A stretch of DNA of 51,501 nucleotides from contig CAMOQR010000004.1 in the NCBI GenBank assembly GCA_946623125.1, positions 1 to 51,501 of the forward strand, given 5' to 3'. The DNA comes from an uncultured Bacillales bacterium. GTDB lineage: Bacteria; Bacillota_I; Bacilli_A; RF39; UBA660. Every line of letters starts with the position of its first letter. Within the stretch, counting starts at the first letter, position 1. A model generated the notes under the pieces. It saw only the letters and a list, made by a program, of their open reading frames with translations. It was not told the DNA's origin and searched no databases. Below, piece by piece: positions 9,848 to 19,879 of this stretch. The position numbers and the translations under genes were made by a program.

Positions 9848-11246
9848 AAAAAATCAATTGGCAAAGAATACTATTATTATATTATTTGGGAAGGTATCTA
9901 CTCGTTTTATTTCTTTCTTTTTACTTCCTTTATATACAGCCTATTTATCAAAAAGTGAATATGGAATTGTTGATTTAATTCAGACATATGTTTTGTTATT
10001 TGTTCCTATTATAACTTTAGAATTAGAAATGAGTATTTTTCGTTATCTTATTGATTCTAGAGATGATGATAATAAATCTGATAGACTAATAAGTAATAAT
10101 TTTTATGTTTTAGGAATTAGTTTATTGTTATTTAGTGTTTTATATTTTATTATTAATTCCTTTATGAAATTTCCTTTTCCTTGGATTATTTGGATTGATA
10201 TTATTGTATGTGTTTTATCAGGTAACTTTTTACAAATTGCAAGGGGATTAGGAAAAACGGTTGATTATTCTATTAGTTGTATTTTAACGGGATTAACTAC
10301 TGTTATTTCTAATATTATTTTAATATGTCATTTTCATATGCAGGCAGAAGGTATGATTATTTCTATGGCTCTTGCAAATGGGGTTTGTAGTTTGTATTTA
10401 TTTTTACGTTTAAAATTATTTAAGAGGATTCATTTTAAACTAGTTGATTACAAATTATTAAAAGAAATGTATCGTTATTCTATTCCTTTAGTTCCTAATG
10501 GAATTAGTTGGTGGATTGTTAATGTATCAGATCGTAGTATTATTATTTGGATTATTGGTGCATCTGCAAATGGGCTTTATGCAATTAGTAATAAATTTTC
10601 TATGATTATTTCATCTCTTACGGGTATTTTTAATCTTAGTTGGAGTGAGTCTGCTGCTTTAAATATTAATTCTACGGAAAGAGATACTTTTTTCTCTGAT
10701 ATTGCCAATACTGTTATGAAATTATTTGTTTCTTTAGGTGCTGGAATGCTTGCTTGTATGCCATTTGTTTTTCCTCTTATGATTCATCCTAAATATCAAG
10801 ATGCATATAACTATATTCCTCCTTTAGTAATTGCTACAGTATTTAATGTTGGTATCTGTTTTTATAGTCAGATTTATCTTGCTAAAAAGTTATCTAAGAA
10901 AGTGGCGTCTACTACTGTAATGGGGGCAATTATTAATATTGTGATTAATTTATTGTTTATTAAACAACTTGGTTTATATGCAGCAGCACTTTCTACTTTA
11001 ATATCTTATTTTGTTATGTTTGTATATTTCCATTTTGATTTAAAAAAACATGTAAATATTCAATATGATAAGTTATTATTATTTAGAAGTATTTTGATTT
11101 TTGCTTTTATCATTTGGATATATTACTCTCATAATATTTATTTGTATGTATTTGGATTTATTATTACTGTTTTATATTCTATTGCTTCAAATTATCAATT
11201 TCTATTAGGTTCTTATCATACGATAAAAAATAAAATAAAAAAATAA
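9840..11246 (+). CDS. Oligosaccharide flippase (Wzx/MOP family)
   Basis: KNTII...FFLLPLYT, YSIPLVPN, SDR, GLYA; 12-14 TM helices. Confidence 0.88.
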   Translation: MNKKNQLAKNTIIILFGKVSTRFISFFLLPLYTAYLSKSEYGIVDLIQTYVLLFVPIITLELEMSIFRYLIDSRDDDNKSDRLISNNFYVLGISLLLFSVLYFIINSFMKFPFPWIIWIDIIVCVLSGNFLQIARGLGKTVDYSISCILTGLTTVISNIILICHFHMQAEGMIISMALANGVCSLYLFLRLKLFKRIHFKLVDYKLLKEMYRYSIPLVPNGISWWIVNVSDRSIIIWIIGASANGLYAISNKFSMIISSLTGIFNLSWSESAALNINSTERDTFFSDIANTVMKLFVSLGAGMLACMPFVFPLMIHPKYQDAYNYIPPLVIATVFNVGICFYSQIYLAKKLSKKVASTTVMGAIINIVINLLFIKQLGLYAAALSTLISYFVMFVYFHFDLKKHVNIQYDKLLLFRSILIFAFIIWIYYSHNIYLYVFGFIITVLYSIASNYQFLLGSYHTIKNKIKK

Positions 11247-11260
11247 TATTAACATATAAT
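11231..11260 (+). promoter_or_regulatory. Candidate mother-cell sigma-E/K promoter of sigK
   Basis: CATATAAT at 11253-11260 matches the CATAnnnT -10 element; ATA-rich -35 region. Confidence 0.5.
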
Positions 11261-11275
11261 TCACTAGGTGATTAT

Positions 11276-11959
11276 ATGTTTTTTTTGAGTTTAATTCATC
11301 AGTTATTATCTTTTACTGGAAGTTATTCTGTGGATGCTTTTTTAGAACCTTTGTCATTAGAGGAGGAAGAAGAGTGTCTTAAGGATAAGAATGTGAATCT
11401 TGCTAGCAGAAATAAATTAATTGAACATAATTTAAGATTAGTTGCTCATATTGTAAAAAAGTATGATTCTGCCACTTGTGATACAGATGATTTAATTAGT
11501 ATTGGGACGATTGGTTTAATTAAGGGAGTTGATACTTACCAAGCAAATCATCAAGTCCGATTAACTACTTATTGTGCAAGGTGTATTGAAAATGAGATTT
11601 TGATGTATTTTCGTAAAAATAATAAATATAGTAATGATATTTCGATTAATGATCCTATTGGTTATGATAAAGATGGGAATCCTATTGAAATATTAGATGT
11701 TATTAAAGTAGATGATGTTGATTTTTCAGATGAGGTTCATCTAAGAGATAATATTCATTTATTAAATCAATATTTAAGTGTTCTTACTCCTCGGGAAAGA
11801 GAAATTATTATTGATCGTTATGGATTAATGCAACATGATCCTCTTACACAGAAAAGTATTTCTAAAAAGTTGGGAATTAGTAGAAGTTACGTTTCTAGAA
11901 TAGAGAAGAGGGCACTTACAAAATTATTAAAAGAATTTATTGTACATAATAAATTATAA
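11276..11959 (+). CDS. sigK: Sporulation sigma factor SigK (pro-form, uninterrupted)
   Basis: LIEHNLRLVAHIVKKY, DLISIGTIGLIK, ARCIENEILM, GISRSYVSRIEKRAL; short hydrophobic pro-sequence. Confidence 0.92.
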   Translation: MFFLSLIHQLLSFTGSYSVDAFLEPLSLEEEEECLKDKNVNLASRNKLIEHNLRLVAHIVKKYDSATCDTDDLISIGTIGLIKGVDTYQANHQVRLTTYCARCIENEILMYFRKNNKYSNDISINDPIGYDKDGNPIEILDVIKVDDVDFSDEVHLRDNIHLLNQYLSVLTPREREIIIDRYGLMQHDPLTQKSISKKLGISRSYVSRIEKRALTKLLKEFIVHNKL

Positions 11960-12041
11960 GTTTATTCTTTTTGCTATCATTTCTTCTAATTTACTTTTTC
12001 TTGAAAATGATTTATAATGATGGTAGTAAAGAGATGGTGTT

Positions 12042-13457
12042 ATGGGTAGTGTAAAAAATGATAAAAAGAAAGTTCATAAGACGTTTTGGATTTTTTTTGC
12101 TGGTTGTGTTTTTCTATTGTTATTTTTGTTTTTATTTGCTGAATTTATTTTGTTTCCAAGGATTGAATTAAAAGGTGGTAATAAAGTAATATTAAATTAT
12201 TTAGAAGAATATAAGGAAAAAGGATATTCTGCTAGTCATTTTGGAAAAAATATTACAAAAAATGTTTCTATTTCTGGAAAAGTAAATTCTAAGAAATTAG
12301 GAGATTATAAAATTGTTTATCGTGTAAAAGATGGGGCTTTTCAAAAGAAGGTTGTTCGTACTGTTTTAGTTCGTGATAAGAAGAAGCCTTCCTTAAGTGT
12401 TTCTTCTGGTAATTTATATATTTGTCCTGGTTCGAAGTTTGAAAAAGAGGAAGTTACTGCAAAAGATAATTATGATGGAGATTTGACTTCTAAAATTAAG
12501 ACCAAAGTTTCTAAGGATAAAGTTACATATACTGTTCGTGATTCTAATGGAAATGAAAAAATTGTTTCTCGTAAATTTGTTTATGAGGATCATGAAAAAC
12601 CGGTTATTACTTTACTTGGCAGTGATGTTGTTGATATGTGTGTGAATGAGGTTTATAAAGATCCTGGATATGAAGTATTGGACAATTGTGATAGTGATTT
12701 ATCTAGTAAAGTAGTTGTTGATGGTAGTGTTGATAATAGTTTGGTTGGAGAGTATGACTTGTCTTATAAAGTTGTTGATAAAGCAGGTAATGAAGGAAGT
12801 GCAGCTCGAAAAGTAAGAGTAAGTAATGGGGATGCTGCAGGAGTTGTTTATTTAACGTTTGATGATGGACCAAATGAAGGTACAACGAATGTTATTTTAG
12901 ATATTTTAAAAGAAGAAGGGGTAGAGGCTACTTTCTTTGTAACGAGTAAAGGACCTGATGAGCTAATTAAACGTGAATTTGATGAAGGACATACTGTTGC
13001 TTTGCATACTTCTTCTCATGATTATGCAACTGTTTATGCATCAGATGATGCGTTCTTTCAAGATTTACAAACGGTAAGTGATCGTGTTTTAAGAATTACG
13101 GGAGTTGAGTCTAAATTTATTCGTTTTCCTGGTGGCTCTAGTAATACTGTTAGTCGTAAGTATTCTAATGGTATTATGAGTCGACTTTCTAAAGAGGTTG
13201 TTAATCGAGGATATAAATATTATGATTGGAATATTTCATCAGGTGATGCGGGAAGTACAACGGATCCTAATGAGGTTTATTCTAATGTTGTGAATAGTTT
13301 AAGAAAAGATAGGGTTAACATGGTCTTAATGCATGATATTAAACCATATACGAGAGATGCACTAAGAAGAATTATTCAATATTGTAAGGAAAATGGTTAT
13401 CCAATGAGAAAAATCTCAAATTGTACCGAAATGATTACTCAAAGAGTAAATAATTAG
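12042..13457 (+). CDS. Membrane-anchored polysaccharide/peptidoglycan deacetylase with DUF5011 Ig-like domains
   Basis: N-terminal TM; DNYDGDLT and DNCDSDL Ig repeats; NodB motifs TFDDGP, HTSSH, RFPGG, LMHD. Confidence 0.88.
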   Translation: MGSVKNDKKKVHKTFWIFFAGCVFLLLFLFLFAEFILFPRIELKGGNKVILNYLEEYKEKGYSASHFGKNITKNVSISGKVNSKKLGDYKIVYRVKDGAFQKKVVRTVLVRDKKKPSLSVSSGNLYICPGSKFEKEEVTAKDNYDGDLTSKIKTKVSKDKVTYTVRDSNGNEKIVSRKFVYEDHEKPVITLLGSDVVDMCVNEVYKDPGYEVLDNCDSDLSSKVVVDGSVDNSLVGEYDLSYKVVDKAGNEGSAARKVRVSNGDAAGVVYLTFDDGPNEGTTNVILDILKEEGVEATFFVTSKGPDELIKREFDEGHTVALHTSSHDYATVYASDDAFFQDLQTVSDRVLRITGVESKFIRFPGGSSNTVSRKYSNGIMSRLSKEVVNRGYKYYDWNISSGDAGSTTDPNEVYSNVVNSLRKDRVNMVLMHDIKPYTRDALRRIIQYCKENGYPMRKISNCTEMITQRVNN

Positions 13458-13483
13458 ACAAATACTTTAAAATGGGTTATAAT
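13455..13483 (+). promoter_or_regulatory. Sigma-A promoter for yqeG-yqeH
   Basis: TAGACA-N17-TATAAT; the -35 overlaps the upstream stop codon. Confidence 0.6.
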
Positions 13484-13500
13484 ACGTTAGGAGTGGTGTT

Positions 13501-14019
13501 ATGGGGTTATTTCGTCCAACTATTTATAAACCTACAATATTTGACATAGATTATGATTCGTTAAAAAAACGTGGCATTCATTGCCTTGTTTTTGACTTAG
13601 ATAATACGTTAGGTTTAATTGAACATAAGAAGTGTCCTAGAAAGACTAAGCAATTGATAAGAAGATTGCAAAATGATTTTTTGATTTTAATATGTTCTAA
13701 TAATACAAGAAGACGAATTAAACCATATCTAAAAGATTTAGGAGTAGGCGGAGTTTCCCTTAGTATGAAACCTTCTACTTATGCACTTCATAAAATTAAG
13801 CATAATTATCATTTAAAAAAGAAAGAAATGTGTATGATAGGAGATCAAATGATTACAGATATTTTAGCGGGAAATCGTTATCATATTATGACTATTTTGG
13901 TCGATCCTATGGGAGATAAAGATTTAAAAATTACAGGTATCAATCGAGAACTAGAGAAAAAGATTATTCTTAGATATCAAAAGAAGGGAATATTTGAAAG
14001 AGGAAAATATTATGGATAG
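13501..14019 (+). CDS. yqeG: YqeG family HAD IIIA phosphatase
   Basis: DLDNTL, SNN, KP, GDQMITDILAGNR; adjacent to yqeH. Confidence 0.9.
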   Translation: MGLFRPTIYKPTIFDIDYDSLKKRGIHCLVFDLDNTLGLIEHKKCPRKTKQLIRRLQNDFLILICSNNTRRRIKPYLKDLGVGGVSLSMKPSTYALHKIKHNYHLKKKEMCMIGDQMITDILAGNRYHIMTILVDPMGDKDLKITGINRELEKKIILRYQKKGIFERGKYYG

Positions 14020-15022
14020 TGAGAAACGATGTATGGGATGTGGAGTTGTTCTTCAAGATGAAAATGTACTACAAGAAGGATACACATCTAGTTTGGAAAA
14101 TGAACTTTGTCAAAGATGTTTTCGAATGAAAAATTATGGAGAATATCAAGTAGTTACAAAGTCTAATGATGAATATATAGATATATTAAGAGAAGTTGGA
14201 AAAACAAAAGATTTAGTTTTATATATTACGGATTTATTAAATTTGGAAAAGAATATTGAGCAAATACGTAGTATTATTCCCAATAAAATGATTTTGGTTT
14301 TAAATAAAATAGATGTTTTTCCAAAATCTGTTAAAGAAGAAAAATTAAAGGCTTATTTTGAAAGTGTAAATGTTCATTTTGAAGAAATCATTGTTATTAG
14401 TACTGCAAAGAATTATAACATTGATTATTTATTAAAAAGAATTAAGTATTTTCAAACAAGTCGTAATGTTTATGTTGTTGGACATACGAATGCTGGAAAA
14501 AGTAGTTTAATTAATAAGCTAATTAAGAATTATTCTGATAAGACTCAAGAATTAACAATGAGTCCTCTTCCTTCTACGACTTTAAGTACTATTACGATTG
14601 AAATAAATGATTATTTAACATTAATTGATACTCCTGGTTTGGTAGACTCTGGTTCTATATTGAATTGTGTTGATTCTAAAATGGTAAAGAAGATTTCTCC
14701 AAAAGAAGAGATTAAACCTCGTACTTTTCAATTAAAGAAAAATCAATCTATTGTAATTGAAAATTTTATGAGGATTGATTATATTGAGGGTGAAAAAAAT
14801 AGTTTTACTTTATATTTATCTAATGATTTAAAAGTGAAACGTTTATTTAATATTATTCGTAATAATGATTTAAAAGATAAATCTAAGGTTACTTGTTCTA
14901 TTAAATATGATGAAGATCTTGTGATTAATGGGTTAGGTTTTATTAAAATTGTTAATAAAGGGATATTAGATATATACCTTGATAGTAGTGTAGATGTTTT
15001 TACACGAAAGAGTTTGATTTAA
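14012..15022 (+). CDS. yqeH: Ribosome biogenesis GTPase YqeH
   Basis: CMGCG...CQRCFR zinc finger; circularly permuted G motifs NKID, GHTNAGKSS, DTPG. ATG at 14012. Confidence 0.9.
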   Translation: MDSEKRCMGCGVVLQDENVLQEGYTSSLENELCQRCFRMKNYGEYQVVTKSNDEYIDILREVGKTKDLVLYITDLLNLEKNIEQIRSIIPNKMILVLNKIDVFPKSVKEEKLKAYFESVNVHFEEIIVISTAKNYNIDYLLKRIKYFQTSRNVYVVGHTNAGKSSLINKLIKNYSDKTQELTMSPLPSTTLSTITIEINDYLTLIDTPGLVDSGSILNCVDSKMVKKISPKEEIKPRTFQLKKNQSIVIENFMRIDYIEGEKNSFTLYLSNDLKVKRLFNIIRNNDLKDKSKVTCSIKYDEDLVINGLGFIKIVNKGILDIYLDSSVDVFTRKSLI

Positions 15023-15048
15023 AAGACAACTAAGTTGTCTTTTTTTTT
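15021..15048 (+). terminator. Intrinsic terminator after yqeH
   Basis: AAAAGACAAC-TAA-GTTGTCTTTT followed by a T tract. Confidence 0.85.
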
Positions 15049-15130
15049 GTCAAGATTGTGTAAAACTAATTTTTTCTTTGGAATGAGACTTTACTTTTTT
15101 AGGGTTTTTGGATAGTATAATAATTAAGTA

Positions 15131-15155
15131 GTGGTTGATTGTGGTGAAAAGTGGG
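15131..15155 (+). promoter_or_regulatory. MraZ-binding direct repeats
   Basis: GTGGT, GTGGT and GTGGG at a 10-bp period, between TATAAT (15116-15121) and the mraZ start. Confidence 0.8.
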
Positions 15156-15163
15156 GGATGAAA

Positions 15164-15601
15164 ATGTTTATAGGAGAATTTCATCATTCGATTGATGAAA
15201 AAGGTAGAATAATAATTCCATCTAAGTTTCGAGAGGAATTAGGTAGTTCTTTTGTTATTACAAGAGGGCTTGAAAATTGCCTTTTTGTCTATTCTAATGA
15301 TAATTGGGAGAAGATTTGTTCTAAACTAAATTCATTACCTTTCACTAAAAAAGATGCGAGAGTTTTTAATCGCTTCTTTATGTCAGGTGCTACAAGTGTT
15401 GAGTTAGATAAGCAAGGACGTATTAATATTTCTACTCCTTTAATTCAATATGCTAATCTTGTAAAAGATTGTGTTGTTATTGGTACTGGAGATCGGTTAG
15501 AAATATGGTCTCAAGAGTCTTGGGATGAGTTCTTTCAATCTAACAAAGATAGTATGTCAGACATAGCCGAAAATTTATTTCAAGAAAGTGTGGATCTATG
15601 A
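15164..15601 (+). CDS. mraZ: Division/cell wall cluster repressor MraZ
   Basis: MFIGEF start; DEKGR and DKQGR duplicated motifs. The GTG at 15131 lies in the operator repeats and is probably not the start. Confidence 0.95.
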   Translation: MFIGEFHHSIDEKGRIIIPSKFREELGSSFVITRGLENCLFVYSNDNWEKICSKLNSLPFTKKDARVFNRFFMSGATSVELDKQGRINISTPLIQYANLVKDCVVIGTGDRLEIWSQESWDEFFQSNKDSMSDIAENLFQESVDL

Positions 15602-16530
15602 TGGAGAAGCATGTTAGTGTTTTACTAAATGAATCTATTTCCTCCCTAAATTTAAATGAAAATAGTGTTATAGTGGATGCTACGTTGGGCTATGGTGGAC
15701 ACAGTAGTAACATCTTGGAGAGAATAAATAAGGGGTATTTATTCGCCTTTGACCAAGATAGTGAAGCAATTCGGCATAGTACCAATCGATTATCAAAGAT
15801 TGGTACTAACTTCACTATCATTAAAAGTAATTTTGTTCATATGAAGGAAATGCTTTTGGATGAAGGAGTTCATGAAGTTGATGGTGTTTTATTTGATTTA
15901 GGAGTGTCATCTCCTCAATTAGATGATGAGGAAAGAGGTTTTTCTTATCATCAAGATGCAAGACTTGATATGAGAATGAATCAAGAACAGGCTCTTTCTG
16001 CTTATGAAGTAGTAAATAATTATTCCAAAGAGGAACTTGCTAGAATATTTTTTAAATATGGAGAAGATAAGTTCTCTAATAATATTGCTAAAAAGATAGT
16101 TGAATATAGAGCATTGAAACCAATTGAGACAACTATGGAATTGGTAGAAGTGATAAAAAGTGCTGTTCCTATGAAGTTTCGTCTTGATAAGCATCCTGCA
16201 AGACAAATATTTCAGGCTATTCGAATTGAGGTTAATCATGAATTAGATGTGATTGAACCTGCGTTAGAACAAGCTCTTGATTTAATAAAAGTTGGTGGGA
16301 GAGTTTGTGTTATAACATTTCATTCTTTAGAAGATCGTATTGTGAAAAATTATTTTAAAGAAAAATGTATGATTGATGAAAAAGTAAAAGGAATGCCTAA
16401 TATTCCTTTAGAATATTTACCGGATTTTCGACTTGTGTATACGAAAGCAATTGTTCCATCTGATGAGGAGATTCGTCAAAATCCGCGTGCTAGAAGTGCT
16501 AAGCTTCGAGTTATTGAAAGAATAAAATAG
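15598..16530 (+). CDS. rsmH: 16S rRNA m4C1402 methyltransferase RsmH
   Basis: HVSVLL, DATLGYGGHS, DLGVSSPQLD, FHSLEDR, NPRARSAKLR. Confidence 0.97.
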   Translation: MMEKHVSVLLNESISSLNLNENSVIVDATLGYGGHSSNILERINKGYLFAFDQDSEAIRHSTNRLSKIGTNFTIIKSNFVHMKEMLLDEGVHEVDGVLFDLGVSSPQLDDEERGFSYHQDARLDMRMNQEQALSAYEVVNNYSKEELARIFFKYGEDKFSNNIAKKIVEYRALKPIETTMELVEVIKSAVPMKFRLDKHPARQIFQAIRIEVNHELDVIEPALEQALDLIKVGGRVCVITFHSLEDRIVKNYFKEKCMIDEKVKGMPNIPLEYLPDFRLVYTKAIVPSDEEIRQNPRARSAKLRVIERIK

Positions 16531-16542
16531 GAGAGGATTTCA

Positions 16543-16842
16543 ATGAAAAAAAAGAAGAAAAAGGTAAAAACATCAAAATTTGAAAAATTATTGTATTCTA
16601 TTGCAGTTTTTTTATTAGTTATATCTCCTGTTTCTATTGTTTTTTCTAAGGCTACGTTGGCTCAAATTAATTTTGAGGTAGAAAAACAAAAGAAAGAAAT
16701 TGAGGCTCAAAAGAAAACCAATGAATCTTTGGCTATGACAATTGATGAATTGGCTTCTTTAACAAAAATACAGGAAGTTGCGGAGCAACAGGGTTTGAGT
16801 TATAATAATAATAATATTAGGACAGTTGTAGAAGATAGTTAA
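16543..16842 (+). CDS. ftsL: Cell division protein FtsL
   Basis: Basic N-terminus, single TM, coiled coil; position between rsmH and the PBP gene. Confidence 0.85.
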   Translation: MKKKKKKVKTSKFEKLLYSIAVFLLVISPVSIVFSKATLAQINFEVEKQKKEIEAQKKTNESLAMTIDELASLTKIQEVAEQQGLSYNNNNIRTVVEDS

Positions 16843-16862
16843 TCTGTTGGGACGTGATTTAA

Positions 16863-19013
16863 GTGAAAAAAAAGAGAAGAAAGAAAAATAATATACGGTA
16901 TTCGAAAGTAGTTATTTTATTCTCTCTTTTTTTGTTTGTTGTGATGATTGCTAGGGTTTTACAATTAGGTCTTTCTCAGGAAATTGATGGTGTTAATCTT
17001 AAAAAATTGGCAAGTCGGAGAACAACTCGTACGGATATTATTAGTGCACAAAGAGGTACTATTTATTCTGGGGATGGAGATGTGTTGGCTCAAAATGTTG
17101 CCTCATATACGTTGATTGCTTATTTGGATCCGAAACGTAGTTTAAATGAGAAACGGCCTCAGCATGTAGTAGATAAGGAAGATACAGCAGAAAAACTTGC
17201 TCCTATTCTTGAAATGGAAAAAGATGAAGTATTGAAGTATTTAAATAAAGAAAATGTTTATCAGACTGAGTTTGGTACAAAAGGAAAGGGGTTAAATGAA
17301 TTAACAAAGAAGAAAATTGAGGATTTAAATTTGCCGGGAATTGATTTTATGGCAACTTTTAAAAGATATTATCCTAAAGGAAATTTTGCCTCTTATATTC
17401 TTGGTTATGCGAAAAATCAAAATGATGAGAATTCTACCATAACTGGTGAGATGGGAATTGAAAAACAATATAATTCTATTTTAAAGGGAGAAGATGGTTA
17501 CGTTACTTATCAAAAAGATTTAAAAGGATATAAAATTGCAGATACTTTAGAGTATCGGGAAGATGCAATTCAGGGAAAAGATATTTATTTAACGATTAAT
17601 TCTAGTATTCAGTTTTTTGTTGAGCAGGCTATTAATAATTCTCATAAGGATTATGACTGGGAATGGTTTACGATTACGATTATGGATGCTAAAACGGGCG
17701 CTATTTTAGCATCTGCATCTGATCCTAGTTTTGATCCAAACAAAAGAGATATTTCAAATTATATGGATATTTTTTGTCAAACTCCATATGAGCCTGGTTC
17801 TACTATGAAAACTTTTACTTATATGGCTGCTATGGAAAATGGAGTATATGATGGAAATGAGACTTATAAATCAGGAGTATATACGACAACAGATGGTACG
17901 GAAATAGGAGATTGGAATCGCAATGGTTGGGGTTATATTACTTTTGATACCGGTTATGCTTACAGTAGTAATGTAGGTGTTATTAATATTATTAATCGAC
18001 ATATGAATAGTACAATGCTTCGACAATATTTTAAACGTTTAGGTTTTGGAAAAAAGACTGGTATTGAGTTACCTAGTGAAAATCGTGGAAAGCTCGATTT
18101 TAAGTATGAAACTGAAATTTATAATGCTGGATTTGGACAAGGTATTTTAACAACTCCTATCCAAAATGTAAAAGCATTAACGCCTCTTACGAATGATGGT
18201 ATTTTATTAGAGCCTTATCTTATTTCAAAGATTGTTGATTCAGAAACAGGTGAGGTTTCCTTAGAAAATAAACGTACAGAAATAGAGAGAGTTGCTTCTA
18301 CGGCAACGGTTCAAAAGATGATTCAATTAATGGATACTACTGTTAATGTTCCAGGTTTTACTGGAAGTGGATATCGAATCGAAGGGGGAGAGCTTGTAGG
18401 TAAAACAGGAACGGCTCAGATTGCTAATGAAAATGGTGGAGGATACTTAAATGGTCAAGAAGATATTATTTCCTCTTTTTCTGGAATTTATCCAAAGAGT
18501 AATCCTCAAGTTATTATTTATGCTTCTGTAAAAAGACCATCTGGTGGTAGTCAAAAACCTATTAGTAATGCGATTAAAGAAATTGTTCATAATATTTCGA
18601 AATATTATGGTAATAGTGATACAGAAAATGTAAAGATTGATGTTCAAGATTATGAGGTTCCAAGTTTTGTAAATAAGAAGTTAGATTCTTGTATAACTAC
18701 TTTAGATTCAAATCATATTCCATATGTTGTGATTGGTGGAGGAAGTAAAGTTATTATGCAAACTCCTGATCCAGGAAGTGTTATCACAAATCAAGATGTG
18801 GTATATCTTATTACGAATGATTCTTCTCTAACAGTTCCTAATGTTGTTGGTTTGTCTTCTAAAGTTGCAAGTGACTTATTATCCCGTTTGGGTCTTACGG
18901 TTCATATGAATGGGGTTGGATATGTTACAGATCAATCAATTGGTGAGGGAACTCCTATTACCAGTGGGATGGAGATTAATTTGAATCTTTCTCCACGTTT
19001 TTCAAATGAATGA
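16863..19013 (+). CDS. pbpB: Division class B penicillin-binding protein (PBP2B/PBP2X-type) with two PASTA domains
   Basis: RGTIY, RYYP, STMK, SSN, KTG; C-terminal PASTA repeats; follows ftsL. Confidence 0.9.
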   Translation: MKKKRRKKNNIRYSKVVILFSLFLFVVMIARVLQLGLSQEIDGVNLKKLASRRTTRTDIISAQRGTIYSGDGDVLAQNVASYTLIAYLDPKRSLNEKRPQHVVDKEDTAEKLAPILEMEKDEVLKYLNKENVYQTEFGTKGKGLNELTKKKIEDLNLPGIDFMATFKRYYPKGNFASYILGYAKNQNDENSTITGEMGIEKQYNSILKGEDGYVTYQKDLKGYKIADTLEYREDAIQGKDIYLTINSSIQFFVEQAINNSHKDYDWEWFTITIMDAKTGAILASASDPSFDPNKRDISNYMDIFCQTPYEPGSTMKTFTYMAAMENGVYDGNETYKSGVYTTTDGTEIGDWNRNGWGYITFDTGYAYSSNVGVINIINRHMNSTMLRQYFKRLGFGKKTGIELPSENRGKLDFKYETEIYNAGFGQGILTTPIQNVKALTPLTNDGILLEPYLISKIVDSETGEVSLENKRTEIERVASTATVQKMIQLMDTTVNVPGFTGSGYRIEGGELVGKTGTAQIANENGGGYLNGQEDIISSFSGIYPKSNPQVIIYASVKRPSGGSQKPISNAIKEIVHNISKYYGNSDTENVKIDVQDYEVPSFVNKKLDSCITTLDSNHIPYVVIGGGSKVIMQTPDPGSVITNQDVVYLITNDSSLTVPNVVGLSSKVASDLLSRLGLTVHMNGVGYVTDQSIGEGTPITSGMEINLNLSPRFSNE

Positions 19014-19021
19014 GGTTATTT

Positions 19022-19879
19022 ATGAAGAAGAAGTTACTTATTTTATTTGAAATTTTCTTAATTATTGGTATGTTTTCTTGGTATATTGTGAAGGAAATGA
19101 TACCAGATGTTTCTAAAAAGTTTGGTTCTAGTGATCATATTGTTAATACAAAAAGATTTCAAAATATGATTGATTTTAAAATTGATTCTTCTTGTGAGTT
19201 TGCTATTTTATTAGATGATGAGGGTATTGTTTATCATATGTTTTTCTTTCATCGAGATTCTGTTTGTTTATATAATCAAAATATTGAGGGACTTCCCTTA
19301 GAAAAGGCTATTCCTCGAATTTCTGATTTACTGATACAAAATGGTTGTTTGAAAAAGAATTCTTCTATTGTGATAACAAGAGTTTTAGATTTTCATTATG
19401 AGGATATTCTTTCTCATTTTAAAAATTCTATTTTCTCTTTTTCTCAATCTATTACTTTTTTGGAAGAGAAAAAAAGTCTTGAGGATTTTGCTTTAGAATT
19501 TGGTGTTTCTTATGATAATTTATCTTCTCTTTTGAGTGGACTAGATTATTATTCTAAGAATATTACTGGAATTGGAAGAGCAAGCCAATCAGTTTCTTAT
19601 GATGGACGTGAGTTATCAAATCATGTTTATCAAGAGTTGGAACAATATGTTTTTGTAAAACAAATTAAAAATTTAGAGAAAGAAAGTACTGATTTTCCAA
19701 TTTCTCTTATCCCAGGAGATTCTTCTTTAAAAATGTATCCAACCTCTAGAAGTTGGTATTATGTTCAAAATGGAAAAATATTCGCTTATATTGAATTTGA
19801 ATTACCTATGGAAGTAGTTGGTTATTGTTATCAAGGTTCTATTGATTTAAGAAAAGAAGGGGAGTGTATTTATGAGTAA
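19022..19879 (+). CDS. Membrane-anchored hypothetical protein, possibly with an RsgI-like extracellular domain
   Basis: N-terminal TM; segment IDFKIDSS..ILLDDEGIV...EGLPLEKAI..I.D.LI.NG.L resembles the RsgI middle domain by eye. Confidence 0.5.
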   Translation: MKKKLLILFEIFLIIGMFSWYIVKEMIPDVSKKFGSSDHIVNTKRFQNMIDFKIDSSCEFAILLDDEGIVYHMFFFHRDSVCLYNQNIEGLPLEKAIPRISDLLIQNGCLKKNSSIVITRVLDFHYEDILSHFKNSIFSFSQSITFLEEKKSLEDFALEFGVSYDNLSSLLSGLDYYSKNITGIGRASQSVSYDGRELSNHVYQELEQYVFVKQIKNLEKESTDFPISLIPGDSSLKMYPTSRSWYYVQNGKIFAYIEFELPMEVVGYCYQGSIDLRKEGECIYE

